Shown: piece by piece, positions 24,097-34,677 of the stretch
How the letters are laid out: each line of letters starts with the position of its first letter
Numbering within the stretch: position 1 is the stretch's first letter
From: Patescibacteria group bacterium
Lineage (GTDB): Bacteria > Patescibacteriota > Gracilibacteria > BD1-5 > UBA6164
Assembly: GCA_965227835.1 (NCBI GenBank)
Contig: OZ245768.1
Location: 719,619 to 759,618, forward strand
Reading direction: 5' to 3'
DNA length: 40,000 bases
The notes under the pieces: generated by a model
What the model was told of the DNA's origin: nothing
Seen by the model: only the letters and a program-made list of their open reading frames with translations
Databases searched by the model: none
Made by a program: the position numbers and the translations under genes

Positions 24097-27057
24097 TTAT
24101 AATTTTTTAATCTTTTTTTGAATTTCATATATGAAATCTACATCTTCATCTTGTGTGGGTTTATAATCTCAAAAATCAAAAAATACGGAAACATTTTTTA
24201 TAAAGTCCTCTTTGGAGCTGGATGTAGTTATAAGAAGTTTTATTATATCAACTGTAACTATTTTTTTTGCTAAAATTCAAAGTTCAATATCTGTTCAAAC
24301 ATCTTGGGTTTTCATAAGATTTTTAACTTTTTCTATTATTGGATAAATTATATCTCAAAGAAGATTAGAAATAAAATTCTCAAAATCTGGGAAACTTAAT
24401 TCAAGGTCAGGGTTGTAATTTCTTAAGTATAGATTTGATAGTTCTATTACTTCCTGTTCTGGCAGGTAGTCTATAAAAAAATCCATAAACCTTGCCTTGC
24501 TAGAAGTATTTATAGCTTTCGTATCAGGAAAAAGTATTTGATGTGCTGGATTTACAGTAGCAATTATAGAAAAATTAGGATTCCTTTTTATAAATTCTCA
24601 ATTAAAGTGTATTGTTCAATCTCTATCCATATATTCATTCAAAAATATTGATATAAGTGCATAATTTAACTCTTTTAACTCTACTAAACCTCAATATTTA
24701 TAAAAATTTAAAAACGGTTTTAAATGACTTTCTATCATACCTTCATTCCATTTTATTTCTCATTTTATATCATTTTCACAAAAATCTTCATCTATCTGTA
24801 AAGATATGTAAGGAAGCTTTAAATTTTTAGCTATTTCTTTGGATATAGAAGTTTTTCATACTCAACTTGGTCACTCTAAAAGTATATCAAATCAAGCTTT
24901 TATTGAGTTTGTTATTTTTTCTATCAAATCTCTAGTTGTTTTGGTGTTAAATTCTAAATTTCTTCAAAGTATGTCATATACTGTATCTTGAATATCAGCA
25001 GATGGTAATACTGGTGATATGACTCAAGCTCTAGAGTATTCTTTTCATCAATTTATCAAACCTAGCTTATCTGCATTTCTAAATCTAGAAATTATCTCTA
25101 TTTGTATCTTTTTATACAATTCTTGATCACTAGATATTTTTTCTAAAACACTCTCTCCCTCTGGTATTTCTTCTTTTTTACTTCATTTTCTTATAGATAG
25201 TACCCCTTCTTCATCTATTGTGAAATAAGAACCTATATTTTTTCACTTGGAGTTTGTTTTTTCATATATAGAAAAAATTATATCATTTACTTTTGATTGA
25301 GGAATATAAAATCTACCTTCATCATCTGTATATCTTATATCATTTAAACTTCATTTAAATCAAAGCATAATTACATATTGTCTACCTCACATTTCTAATT
25401 GAATTAGCTTTGATCTTCTCCTTATATACAAACTTTTTTCTGGTGAAAATATATTTTTTATTTTAGAGTATTCTAAGTCTTGTATTATATAATCCCCATA
25501 TTTTTCATCAATAAAATATAGGTCTATATCTGGATTATTATTTAAATATGAGCTAAGTTCTTCTTTTTGTTCAGCTTCCCCATATTTTTTAAGAATTTGA
25601 ACTACATAACTTTCATCTGAAGATAGTAATATATCATCTCAATTTAATGAAATTTTTAGATATTTATCGTCTATAAATTCCTTTATTTCTATATCAAATT
25701 CTTCCTTTGATTTTATTATAGAAGAATAAAATGACTCTGCTTTTTTTTGAATATTTTCTTCTCTTCTTAAAACTAATCATTCAGAAATAGTTTCTCTTTC
25801 TATAGTTTGCCTAAAACTGCTATAATCTATTTTTCTGTTTTTCTTACCTGTTTTTCATTTATTTTCTTGTGATTCTTCAATATCATCAAAATCAAGACCT
25901 AAACCTTGCATAGCAAAAGCATATTTAAGTGATTTAATTCATTTTGCATCTTGTTTTGAGATTTTTTGATCTCAAAGATGACTTATTATTTTATTATACT
26001 CTGTAACTGGATTTTCAAATTCTACATATCATCATGAAGCATCTTTATAACTTATATGAGAACTCATCTTGGTATTATATTCAAAAATAAGTTCAGATAT
26101 AAAAGCATTTGTATCTTCACTCATAAGAAAATTAATTATAATTTTTTCATAAGCTCTAACATAAAAATAGTCTCTAAAATCAGCTCAATCATCAGTATAA
26201 AATGGATTTTCAGATAATACTTTTCTCATTTTTCTAATTGTTTTTGCCAAGATTTCTAAATCTTTTTCTTCTATAACTCATATATTTCAATGCTCCATAT
26301 TCAATCTATCTCTTTGTTTTTTATATATACTTTTTACTATTTTTACTTCTGAATTTTCATCAGGTTCATGTAAAAATTCTATAATTCATCATGCTTTTCT
26401 AACAACTGCATTTGAATAATCTTTTGTTCATACATATCAGTCATTTGAAGTGAATACTAGAGAAAAATTTGGGTGTATTAAATATTTTTTTCAGTCAAAT
26501 ATAAAAAAACCATTTTCTATTAAATTTGCCATTCATATTAGTAGATCATTGTTTAGGAAATTTGCCTCATTTACTAAATAGATTGCTCACGATGTCATAG
26601 CTTTTAATAAGTCTCATGGAATAGTTTTTATTTGTATCACATTTCAACTATTATATGATTTTACCTCTTCAGAAAATGTAGATATACTTTTTTCAGGATC
26701 TCATACATCTGAATAAATCTCTAAACCTCTCTCATAAGCTATGGTTTTTACAAGAGTAGTTTTTCATGTTCCAGTAGGTCCTTGTATGATAGCAAATCTT
26801 GATTCTCAAAATATTCTTTGCTCCACTGAAGCTTTTACTTGATTAAAATAATCAGACCTATCTTCCTCTCAAACTATTTCAATCAATCAAGGAATTCTTA
26901 TACGAGTTATATACCTATCTGTGAATAATGTTTTTAATGATTTATCAGTTATGGTTTGTATATTTACACTACTATTTCATACACCTGGTATAAATAATTC
27001 ATTGTCTGATCATCTGTAATTTTTTATATTTATATCAGATACTTTTACATTTAACAT
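24097..27057 (-). CDS. 986-aa ATPase with two AAA_5 (MoxR/midasin/dynein-related) modules separated by a ~450-aa unknown region
   Basis: 2961 nt = 987 codons with TGA=Gly. The first Walker A is FAIIQGPTGTGKTTLV with Walker B-like IYLVNEANF. The second Walker A is ILLEGPSGVGKTSIS with a LVELKELNYA...FSIIATVNP context. Confidence 0.85.
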
Positions 27058-27264
27058 ATTTAGTAATTATTTTATAATATATTTTGTACATTACTTATTA
27101 AATAGAATTTGTCAATAAAAAATTAGAAAAATAAAAAAATTGCAAATTATAAGCAAAACAATATACTTTTTTTTAATAGAATTTGTGATAAAACTACTCA
27201 TTAAATATAATATAATCTTGCCACAGATTTCTAATGTTTATTTTAAATTTTAATAATTAATTAT

Positions 27265-28572
27265 ATGTGGAATTTATTAAAAGATACGGCATGAGATGTA
27301 TCAATTATTTATAAAAACTTTCTACACTTTAGTATATCTAAGATAATTATATCTTTAGTTTGAATACTTTATGCAATTATATTATCTATCCCATTTTTGA
27401 TAGTTATTTTTTTTGTGTATATGTATATAACAAAAACAGGAAATTTTTGAATAGTAAATAGCTACCCTTTCATAGCTTTTTCTATTTTTTGAATATTTGT
27501 TCTTATTTTAGCTTTACTGTATATATTTGTTTTAATGACTAATTTAAATGTGTCTTATTTAAACTGAGAGAAACTATGATATTCTAAAAATCCATATTTT
27601 AACTTAAAACTTTTCATAAAATATTTCAAAATATCTTTAATTATTGCAATAATATCTATATTACCTTTCTTGTTTTATAATATTCTTACCTATCTTTTAA
27701 TAACTATATTTAGCACACAATCAGGTTCATCTTTGGTTTCTAATCCTCAATTTTTAACTTACCTAGGGGTTTTCTTTAATTTTTTATGAATAGTTTTTTT
27801 TATAATTTTTACCTATATTTTTTACAGAACAATTTTTTCAATAATTATTCTTTTAGATGAATCTAAATGAGAAAAATTTGAAAAAATTTTTTATTATATA
27901 AAAAAATCTTTCAATCTGACAAAAGGTTTAAATAAGTTTTTTAAATTTTTTGTAGTAGTTTTATTTTTTATTATTTTGACTTTACCAATAACTCTTCCTT
28001 TAAATTATTTTTCATCTGAAGCAAATGAAATAAATACTTATATAGAGAGCAAATCAAATCCTAACCCTAGTTTTCCTGTAGAAAATTTAGAAGAAAAATA
28101 TTCTTGAGGAGACTTAAATGTATTGAATGAAAAACTTTCTAAGTACAGAAATTATTCTTTTATTTTTGAAATTCTAAACTTTTTATTGATATTTGGTCTT
28201 TTTGAAATGATATTTTTATCGTATTACTTTAGAGTTTTAAAAAATAAAAATTTAAATAAAAAAAGTGGTTTGGCTTCGACAATAGAACAAGTTTCAAATA
28301 CAAACTCTGCTAGATCTAGTGGAACTACCAAAACTAAAAGAAAAACTTCTACGACATCAAAAACCACAAGAAATGCTCCAACAAAAACAAAAGCATCTAC
28401 CTCAACAAAAACTAGTAAAACTACAAATGCTTCTGCTAAAAAGCCTGAAGGAAAAACTATTACAAAAAAGACAGCTACTAAAAGCAGTGTAGATAAGGAT
28501 AAAACTGAAAGTAAGGAAATTAAAAAGAAAACTACAAGAAAAACCACAACTAAAAATACTCCTAAAAAATAG
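27265..28572 (+). CDS. polytopic membrane protein with a ~110-aa Lys/Thr/Ser-rich basic C-terminal tail
   Basis: 1308 nt = 436 codons with TGA=Gly. Several hydrophobic segments are followed by ...SSGTTKTKRKTSTTSKTTRNAPTKTKASTSTKTSKTTNASAKKPEGKTITKKTATK...KKKTTRKTTTKNTPKK. The ORF track shows only the last 149 aa (28123-28572). Confidence 0.7.
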
Positions 28573-28575
28573 AAA

Positions 28576-29379
28576 ATGAAAGTTTTAATATTTTGAGATG
28601 TTTATTGAAGAATTTGAAGGAAAGCTCTTAAAAAACAAATACCTTTGTTGAAAGAGGAATATAAACCAGATTTTGTTATAGTTAACAGTGATAATATAAG
28701 CTCTGGGAGATGACCTGTAGAAAAACATATTTTGGAAATGCTTGATAATTGAGTTGATTTAATAACCTGTGGTGATCATGTATTTGATAATTTTGATAAA
28801 ATAAAAGACTACATATCATCAGAAGATTCTAAATTTATAAGAGCAGCAAATTTTTATAGGGACGATTCTTTGGAAGGTATTTGATATAAAATAACTGAGA
28901 AAAATGGGAAAAAAATCCTTGTAATTAGTTTAATATGAGAAACATATATGAATATCAGGGTTTCTAATCCTTTTTTAAAAGCTGATGAAATATTAAATAA
29001 ATTTAAAAATGAAAAACTTGATTGAATAATTGTTGATTTCCACAAAGAAACTAGCTCTGAAGGTTATGGTCTAGCTTTTTACTTGGACTCAAAAGTTAGT
29101 TTTATATTTTGAACTCATACTCATGTACAAACTAATGATGAAATTATACTAAAATGAGGAACTGGTTTTATTTCTGATGTTTGAATGAATGCTTCGCTAT
29201 ACTCTGTAATTTGAGCAGAATATAGCTCTGTTGAATCTAGATTTATAAATTGATTTAGAAAAGATAGAATGAAACAATGTCTAGATAATAATTATTTAAT
29301 AAACTGAGTTTGTGTAAATATTTGAGATAATATGAAGTGCGAAAAGATTGAAAAAATTAGAATCAGAGATGTTTTATAA
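28576..29379 (+). CDS. ymdB: YmdB-like metallophosphoesterase (2',3'-cyclic-nucleotide 2'-phosphodiesterase family, TIGR00282 type)
   Basis: 804 nt = 268 codons. Motifs are MKVLIFGDVYGRIGRKAL, CGDHVFD, DFHKETSSEG, FGTHTHVQTND and GTGFISDVGMN. By hand count there are about 15 in-frame TGA, all at Gly-compatible positions. Confidence 0.85.
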
Positions 29380-29494
29380 AAATTAACAAAAAAGATTATT
29401 TTTCAATAGATGTTAATTTTGACACAGCCCCCTAATTTTATTCTAAAAAAGTAATTTTGCAGAGATCTCTAAAATTTGAAAATAAATTAATTTT

Positions 29495-29824
29495 ATGAAA
29501 AAAAATTTTTTACTATTTATTATATTTTTGATATTTTTGTTTTCTAGTGTTAGTTTTTATATGATATTAAATTACCTAGACCCTTATACAAATAAAATCC
29601 TATCTCTTTTCTTCATAGCTTTTAACTTTATTTTATGACTATCTACATTTCTTACTCTTTTTATATTTTTTATAAAAAAAATTCACAATAGAGGTAGAGT
29701 CGAGCTGTTTCATGTAAAATCAAGTTTTAGGCAAGGTTTTTTTATCTCTATATTTAGTTTTGGTGTAATAGTTTTTAATGTATTAAATGCTCCTTCACTA
29801 GTATTGTCTCTACTTTTTCTAATA
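29495..29824 (+). CDS. small membrane protein (109 aa, three or four TM segments)
   Basis: ATG at 29495 and TAA at 29822-29824 give 330 nt. There is one in-frame TGA. The sequence is hydrophobic throughout. Confidence 0.5.
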
Positions 29825-29879
29825 ATATTTCTACTACTAGAAATTTTCATACAAAATTTATATAATTAATTTTAGTTTT

Positions 29880-31898
29880 TTGACTAAGTATTTCTACAAA
29901 TTTTTAGTTTTGTTTTTTATAGTTTTGTTTACATATCAAAGTATTTCTGTTAAAGCAAACAGGAATACTAGAATTATAATTGAAAATTATAAAAAAAAGC
30001 AGGAAGAATTTATATTTGAAAACAATCCTTTGATAGATTCATTGGATGCTTTAAATTTATTTAAATCAAATAATAAAATTAACATATATGAAAATGTTTT
30101 AAGAGATGTATGAGAACAAAAAAAATTATTAGAAGAACAAAATCTAGATTTATTAAAAAAGATAGATGATTTAGAATTTCAGCTTAGCTCTGTAGAAAAA
30201 GATATAGTTTCTTTGGATGAAGAAATAAAAAAAATAAACTCTAATATTGTAAAAACCACAGTAGAAATAACAGATAACAGAAATATGATAGATGAGGTAA
30301 ATAAAGAAATTGAGAAAAATACAGAAGTTTTGAGAGAATATATGGCATACATTTATAAAAAATGAAATTTATTTTTAGAAGATAAGAAGTTTAACAATTT
30401 AAAAACTATTATTTTATCAGGACAAGATTTGGATTCTATAATGAGTGATATTTATTTCAAAGAACTTTTGGCTGTTGCTTGAAAAGAACTTATAGAAAAA
30501 AACAGAAGGCTAGTTTTTGATTTATATATAGAAAAAAAGAAGCTAGAGCAAGAAACTAGTTCTTTAAAAAAACTAAAAAGGAATTTTAATGTTAAGAAAA
30601 AGATATTGAATGATAAGAAATTGTTTAAAGAAAAAATACTTAAAGTTTCTAAATGACAAGATAGTCTTTATAAGAAATATATAAAACAAAAGCTAGATAC
30701 AGAAAAAAACTTGAAGCTTAAAGCTTTTTCTGAGAGAGTAAAATTTTATGCTACATCAAAAAAAGTTCTTAGTAATTCATGATGTGAGTTTTTGGATGTT
30801 TCTAAAAATACACCTGAAGTAAGGACTTTATCTTCTAAGTGTTATGAGTTGAATAAAATTATATTTTTAGAAGCAGAACTTGAAAAAAATAAAAATAAAT
30901 GAGAAGAAAAAGATAGGTATAATTTTTTTTCATGGCCTGTACCTCCCTACTCGGGTATATCTGCTTATTTTAGGGATAATGAATATAAAAAGAGATTTGG
31001 AACAGATCATGATGCTGTTGATATTATAGCCAGTCAAGGTACTCCAATAGTTGCACCTGCTGATGGTTATGTTATATCATTGAGTGAGCCTTTAGATGAT
31101 TCTTATGCTTATATAGCTTTGAAACATATAGACTGAAAAGTTAGTGTTTACTGACATGTTAGTGAGATATTAGTTGAGAAATATGATTATATAAAATCTT
31201 GAGAGATATTTGCTAAAACTTGATGAACTTTTTGAACTTCTTGAGCTTGATATATAACTACAGGTCCTCATCTTCATTTTGAAATTTTGGAAGATAAAGT
31301 TGCTGTTGATCCACTTAAAAGTTTGGATTTAAGTTATCTTGATTTTAAGAATTTGCCAGAATATTATAGACTTGATTTTCTTATGGATTACAGAGAAAGG
31401 ACTTGAAAAGATTATAGAGTGAAAGATGAACCTTGAAAAAGAGTTTTTAGGCTTGATTGAAATACAGAAATAGAAAGGCAGAAATCTTTGCTAAATAAAT
31501 ATGCTAGGAGTGATTTTAGGAACTGGGATATGTGGGTTGAGGAGTCTTTGAGGTGGAACATAGATCCTAGTTTTATGATGTGTGTATGACTTGCCGAAAG
31601 TAGTCTTGGTGTTAATTTAAAAACTCCTTATAATGTTTGAAATGTTTGAAATGTTGATTCTTGAGGTACTTGGACTATGACTTCTCCTAGGCATTGAATT
31701 TGGTGGATGGGCCATACTTTGAATAATAAATATTTAGGTAGTTACAATGAAATATCAAAGCTTAGTTGATATGGTAGAAAAGGTAATGATCCTATTTATG
31801 CTTCAGATCCTGTAAATTGGCATAGAAATGTTATAAAATGTATGTCTACTATCAAGGGACAATATATATGAGATGATCACAATTTTAGAACTTATTAG
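29880..31898 (+). CDS. EnvC-like murein hydrolase: N-terminal anchor, long coiled coil, M23/LytM metallopeptidase domain, plus a C-terminal glucosaminidase/lysozyme-like domain
   Basis: 2019 nt = 673 codons with TGA=Gly and a TTG start at 29880, as in the ORF track. The M23 motifs are GTDHDAVDI, GTPIVAPADGYV and GPHLHFEI. The C-terminal part has CVGLAESSLGVNLKTPYNVGNVGN.... Confidence 0.8.
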
Positions 31899-31945
31899 TT
31901 TTTATGAAATTAGAAAAGAGGCAACCTACGGCTGCCTCTTTGAAA

Positions 31946-32619
31946 TCACTCCTTATTTGATTGTCCTTCATACAAGTTAAGTCCTATCATTGCTACCAAA
32001 GCAAGAAAAAGTTGAGGCAAAATAACATATGGAATACCATATGGAACTAAAAATATAATATGTATGGGAATTACATATAATAGTATCAGTTCAGGCTTAC
32101 TATCAACAAATACTTGCTTAAATCCATCAAGTTTATATGTAAATAACGTTGTTACTATTAAGGAAATTAAAGCAATTAAAAAGATATAATATAGAAAATC
32201 AGTTAAACCAAAGATAATACCAAAGAAAAAACCAAAAAATAAAGATGAAAAGATATTAAAAAAAGAGAGATAAATATAATTCCAACTGTTTGAAAAATTC
32301 TGTGACTACCACTTTCATAAAAATCCCCTTTTTCGCTCTTTTTTCGATATTTTCCTAGGTATTCTATATATTTGTATCTATACAATATAATTGCCTCAAA
32401 TAATGTTGATATTGCAATCATAATATTAATAGTAAACAACATATCCTTGCTTCCTTGAAAGTATTCTTCAATTTCTTGTGAATATACTATCCAAGCTGAC
32501 ATAATTATCAGTAACGACGGTGCTAGTTTTTGATAAAAACGATAATTAAAAAATACATTTTTACCAAAGAAATGACACAACTTTAAGGGCATGTCATATA
32601 AGCTTTGTTTAATATTCAT
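31946..32619 (-). pseudogene. cassette copy 1: membrane-protein paralog split by a stop and frameshift (138-aa N-part plus ~85-aa C-part)
   Basis: ORF 32203-32619 (MNIKQSLYDMPLKLCHFFGKNVFFNYRFYQKLAPSLL...) ends at TAA. The C-terminal homology continues in another frame (...LILLYVIPIHIIFLVPYGIPYVILPQLFLALVAMIGLNLYEGQSNKE) to TGA at 31946-31948. Confidence 0.75.
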
Positions 32620-32663
32620 TTTTTCCTCCTTTTAAAACAATTGAAAAGAATAAAAACAAAAAT

Positions 32664-32691
32664 ATTATAATAAATTTTATTTAAAAGTCAA
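32664..32691 (-). promoter_or_regulatory. sigma-70-like promoter of cassette copy 1 (TTGACT-16 nt-TATAAT on the minus strand)
   Basis: The -35 is at 32691-32686 and the -10 at 32669-32664, about 45 nt upstream of the AGGAGG-led ATG at 32619. Confidence 0.55.
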
Positions 32692-32827
32692 TAAAAAATG
32701 GTAGAGTCTATCACGAAATGTAACCTTTAGAAGATATGATATACTCTAAAAGATATAATTAAATTTTTGTGATATGAAATACTGAATTTTATTAAAAAAC
32801 AGGCAGCCTACGGCTGCCTGTTTGAAA

Positions 32828-33445
32828 TCACTCCTTATTTTGTCCTTCATACAAGTTAAATCCTATCATTACTACCAAAGCAAGAAAAAGTTGAGGAAGA
32901 AAAGCATAGAAAGTACCATATGGAGCTAAGGGTATAAATGGAAATAAGGATATAATATGTATACATATAATAGTATCAGTTCAACCTTGTTATAAATCAA
33001 TTTACTCTTATACACCATGTTTGATGTACATAATTTAGTAATCATTTACGAAACTTAATATAAATCCATCTAAATATGAGTCAAAAATATGATAATGTGA
33101 TATTATAAGGAATAACATAGAAAGAGTTAATATGATTGAAACAAGGAAATTATGAAAAATGGAAATAATAATAATAATAAGTGATTATAAAATACCAAGT
33201 GGAATAACACCAATTAAGAATCCAAAACCACCAAAATAAGAGAAATAAATATGAAATGTTTCAAATTTATAAGCTCCACTATCATAATAAATAGTTTACC
33301 AGGTATTCTATATAGTTGTATCTATACAGTATACCTGCCTGAACTAATGTTAGTATTGCAATAATGGTAATGTTAAAGAATTTAAATCTCCAACCTGAAA
33401 GTGAATATACTATCCAAGCTGTCATAATTATCAGTACCGGTGCAG
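32828..33445 (-). pseudogene. cassette copy 2: heavily degraded paralog lacking N-terminus, SD and promoter
   Basis: Nucleotide similarity to copies 1 and 3 is visible at the 3' end (32828-32990) and at CCAAGCTGTCATAATTATCAGTACCGGTGCAG (33411-33442, compare 32491-32524). There are multiple stops in all frames. Confidence 0.7.
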
Positions 33446-33852
33446 TTTTTTGTATTTTATATTTTATTTTTTACCTTTATATAAGTAAAAATCAGTAGAT
33501 TTTATATTGATTGAATTTTATAAAGATAAAGTTAGCTTAAATAAGTCATTTATAGAAATACCTACAATACATATGTACATGATCTTCTTCCATTCATATC
33601 TTTATTATTATTAAAGATAAAACATTAAAAATAGCTTAATATGTCCTACTTTATTTCAAAGTAAAATATAGGTCATACAATTTTTCACTTATAAAAAGTG
33701 GGTTTTTATAGTTTTGAGAAAATGGATAGAATCTATAACGAAATGCAACTTTTAGAAGACATGATATACTCTAAAAGATATAATTAAATTTTTGTGATAT
33801 GAAAATATGAATTTTATTAAAAAATAGGCAGCCTACGGCTGCCTATTTGATG

Positions 33853-34542
33853 TCACTCCTTGTTTATATTTATTTGTTTATTATTCCTATATAACTTAAT
33901 ACCTATAACTATTATCAGAAAAGTAAAAGCATATAAAAATATATAAGGAACAAAAGTTTGGATAAAGCCATATGTCGCTATTAATAAAAGTTTTACAGGA
34001 ATTATATATAGTAGCAATAATTCCATTTTGTTATTTAAATCAATCCCAAGATCAAAAATCGGATCTTTCATTGTAATTAAAATTAACTTCACAATTACCA
34101 AAGATAATGTAATACCAATTATCAGTGCTCCAATATAAGAACCACGGGTAAGAAAAAAAGCCATAAAACCTAAAACGACACCCCAAGAAACAGAACAAAG
34201 TATGATTGAACTTATACCTAGAAGTTTTAAGTATTTATTTTCAAAGGATTCTTCACCTTCTTTTATATAGTCTCCTAGATACTTTATATAATTAAATCGG
34301 TACAATATCGCTATTTCAATCAATGTAAGTGTAATAATAATTGTATTAATTACTAAACTAACAATTTCATTTTGAAAACCTTGCCCAATTTCCTGCATAA
34401 TCAACACATAAACTAACATAATCAATTGTAAGGATGGCACCAACTTTCCATAAAAATTATAGCTAAAAACTATATTTTTACTAGAAGAATGACATAACTC
34501 TGGAGTTATATCATAATCATATAAGTTTTGTTTAATATTCAT
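33853..34542 (-). CDS. cassette copy 3: intact 229-aa polytopic membrane protein of unknown function; standard-code style gene
   Basis: Uninterrupted ORF in the standard-code track. AGGAGG lies 7 nt upstream. The N-terminus MNIKQNLYDYDITPELCHSSSKNIVFSYNFYGKLVPSL is paralogous to copy 1. The ORF ends AAG GAG TGA and is followed by the hairpin terminator. Confidence 0.8.
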   Translation of the reverse strand: MNIKQNLYDYDITPELCHSSSKNIVFSYNFYGKLVPSLQLIMLVYVLIMQEIGQGFQNEIVSLVINTIIITLTLIEIAILYRFNYIKYLGDYIKEGEESFENKYLKLLGISSIILCSVSWGVVLGFMAFFLTRGSYIGALIIGITLSLVIVKLILITMKDPIFDLGIDLNNKMELLLLYIIPVKLLLIATYGFIQTFVPYIFLYAFTFLIIVIGIKLYRNNKQININKE

Positions 34543-34677
34543 TTTTACCTCCTTTTAAAATAATTGAAAAGAATAAAAACATATTTATTATAATAAGTTT
34601 TACTCGTAACGCAACAAAAATAGTTGAAGAAAATTCAACTATTTTTATTTTATTAAAATATATAAAGTTATTAATAG

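Larger units (their letters stand above)
31905..34620. repeat. tandem array of three ~0.9-1.0 kb cassettes (promoter, SD, membrane-protein gene, GC hairpin terminator), all on the minus strand
   Basis: The terminator hairpins (A)GGCAGCC-TAC-GGCTGCCT recur at 31917-31939, 32800-32820 and 33822-33848. The 3' coding ends are about 85-90% identical (31946-32100 vs 32828-32990). A ~120-nt spacer is shared between 32700-32800 and 33723-33828. The leaders TTTTAAAAGGAGG(A/T)AAAAATGAATATTAAAC are near-identical at 32619 and 34542. Confidence 0.9.

Noticed and set aside
28224-28547. 107-aa minus-strand ORF (Val/Phe/Leu-rich)
   Set aside because: It is the mirror image of the Lys/Thr-rich (AAA/ACN) tail of the plus-strand membrane protein, so it is a compositional artefact.
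31905-34620. CRISPR array, suggested by recurring hairpin-forming GC-rich repeats
   Set aside because: The repeat period is about 0.9-1.0 kb, not 60-80 nt. The repeats are gene cassettes with terminators, and no cas genes are present.
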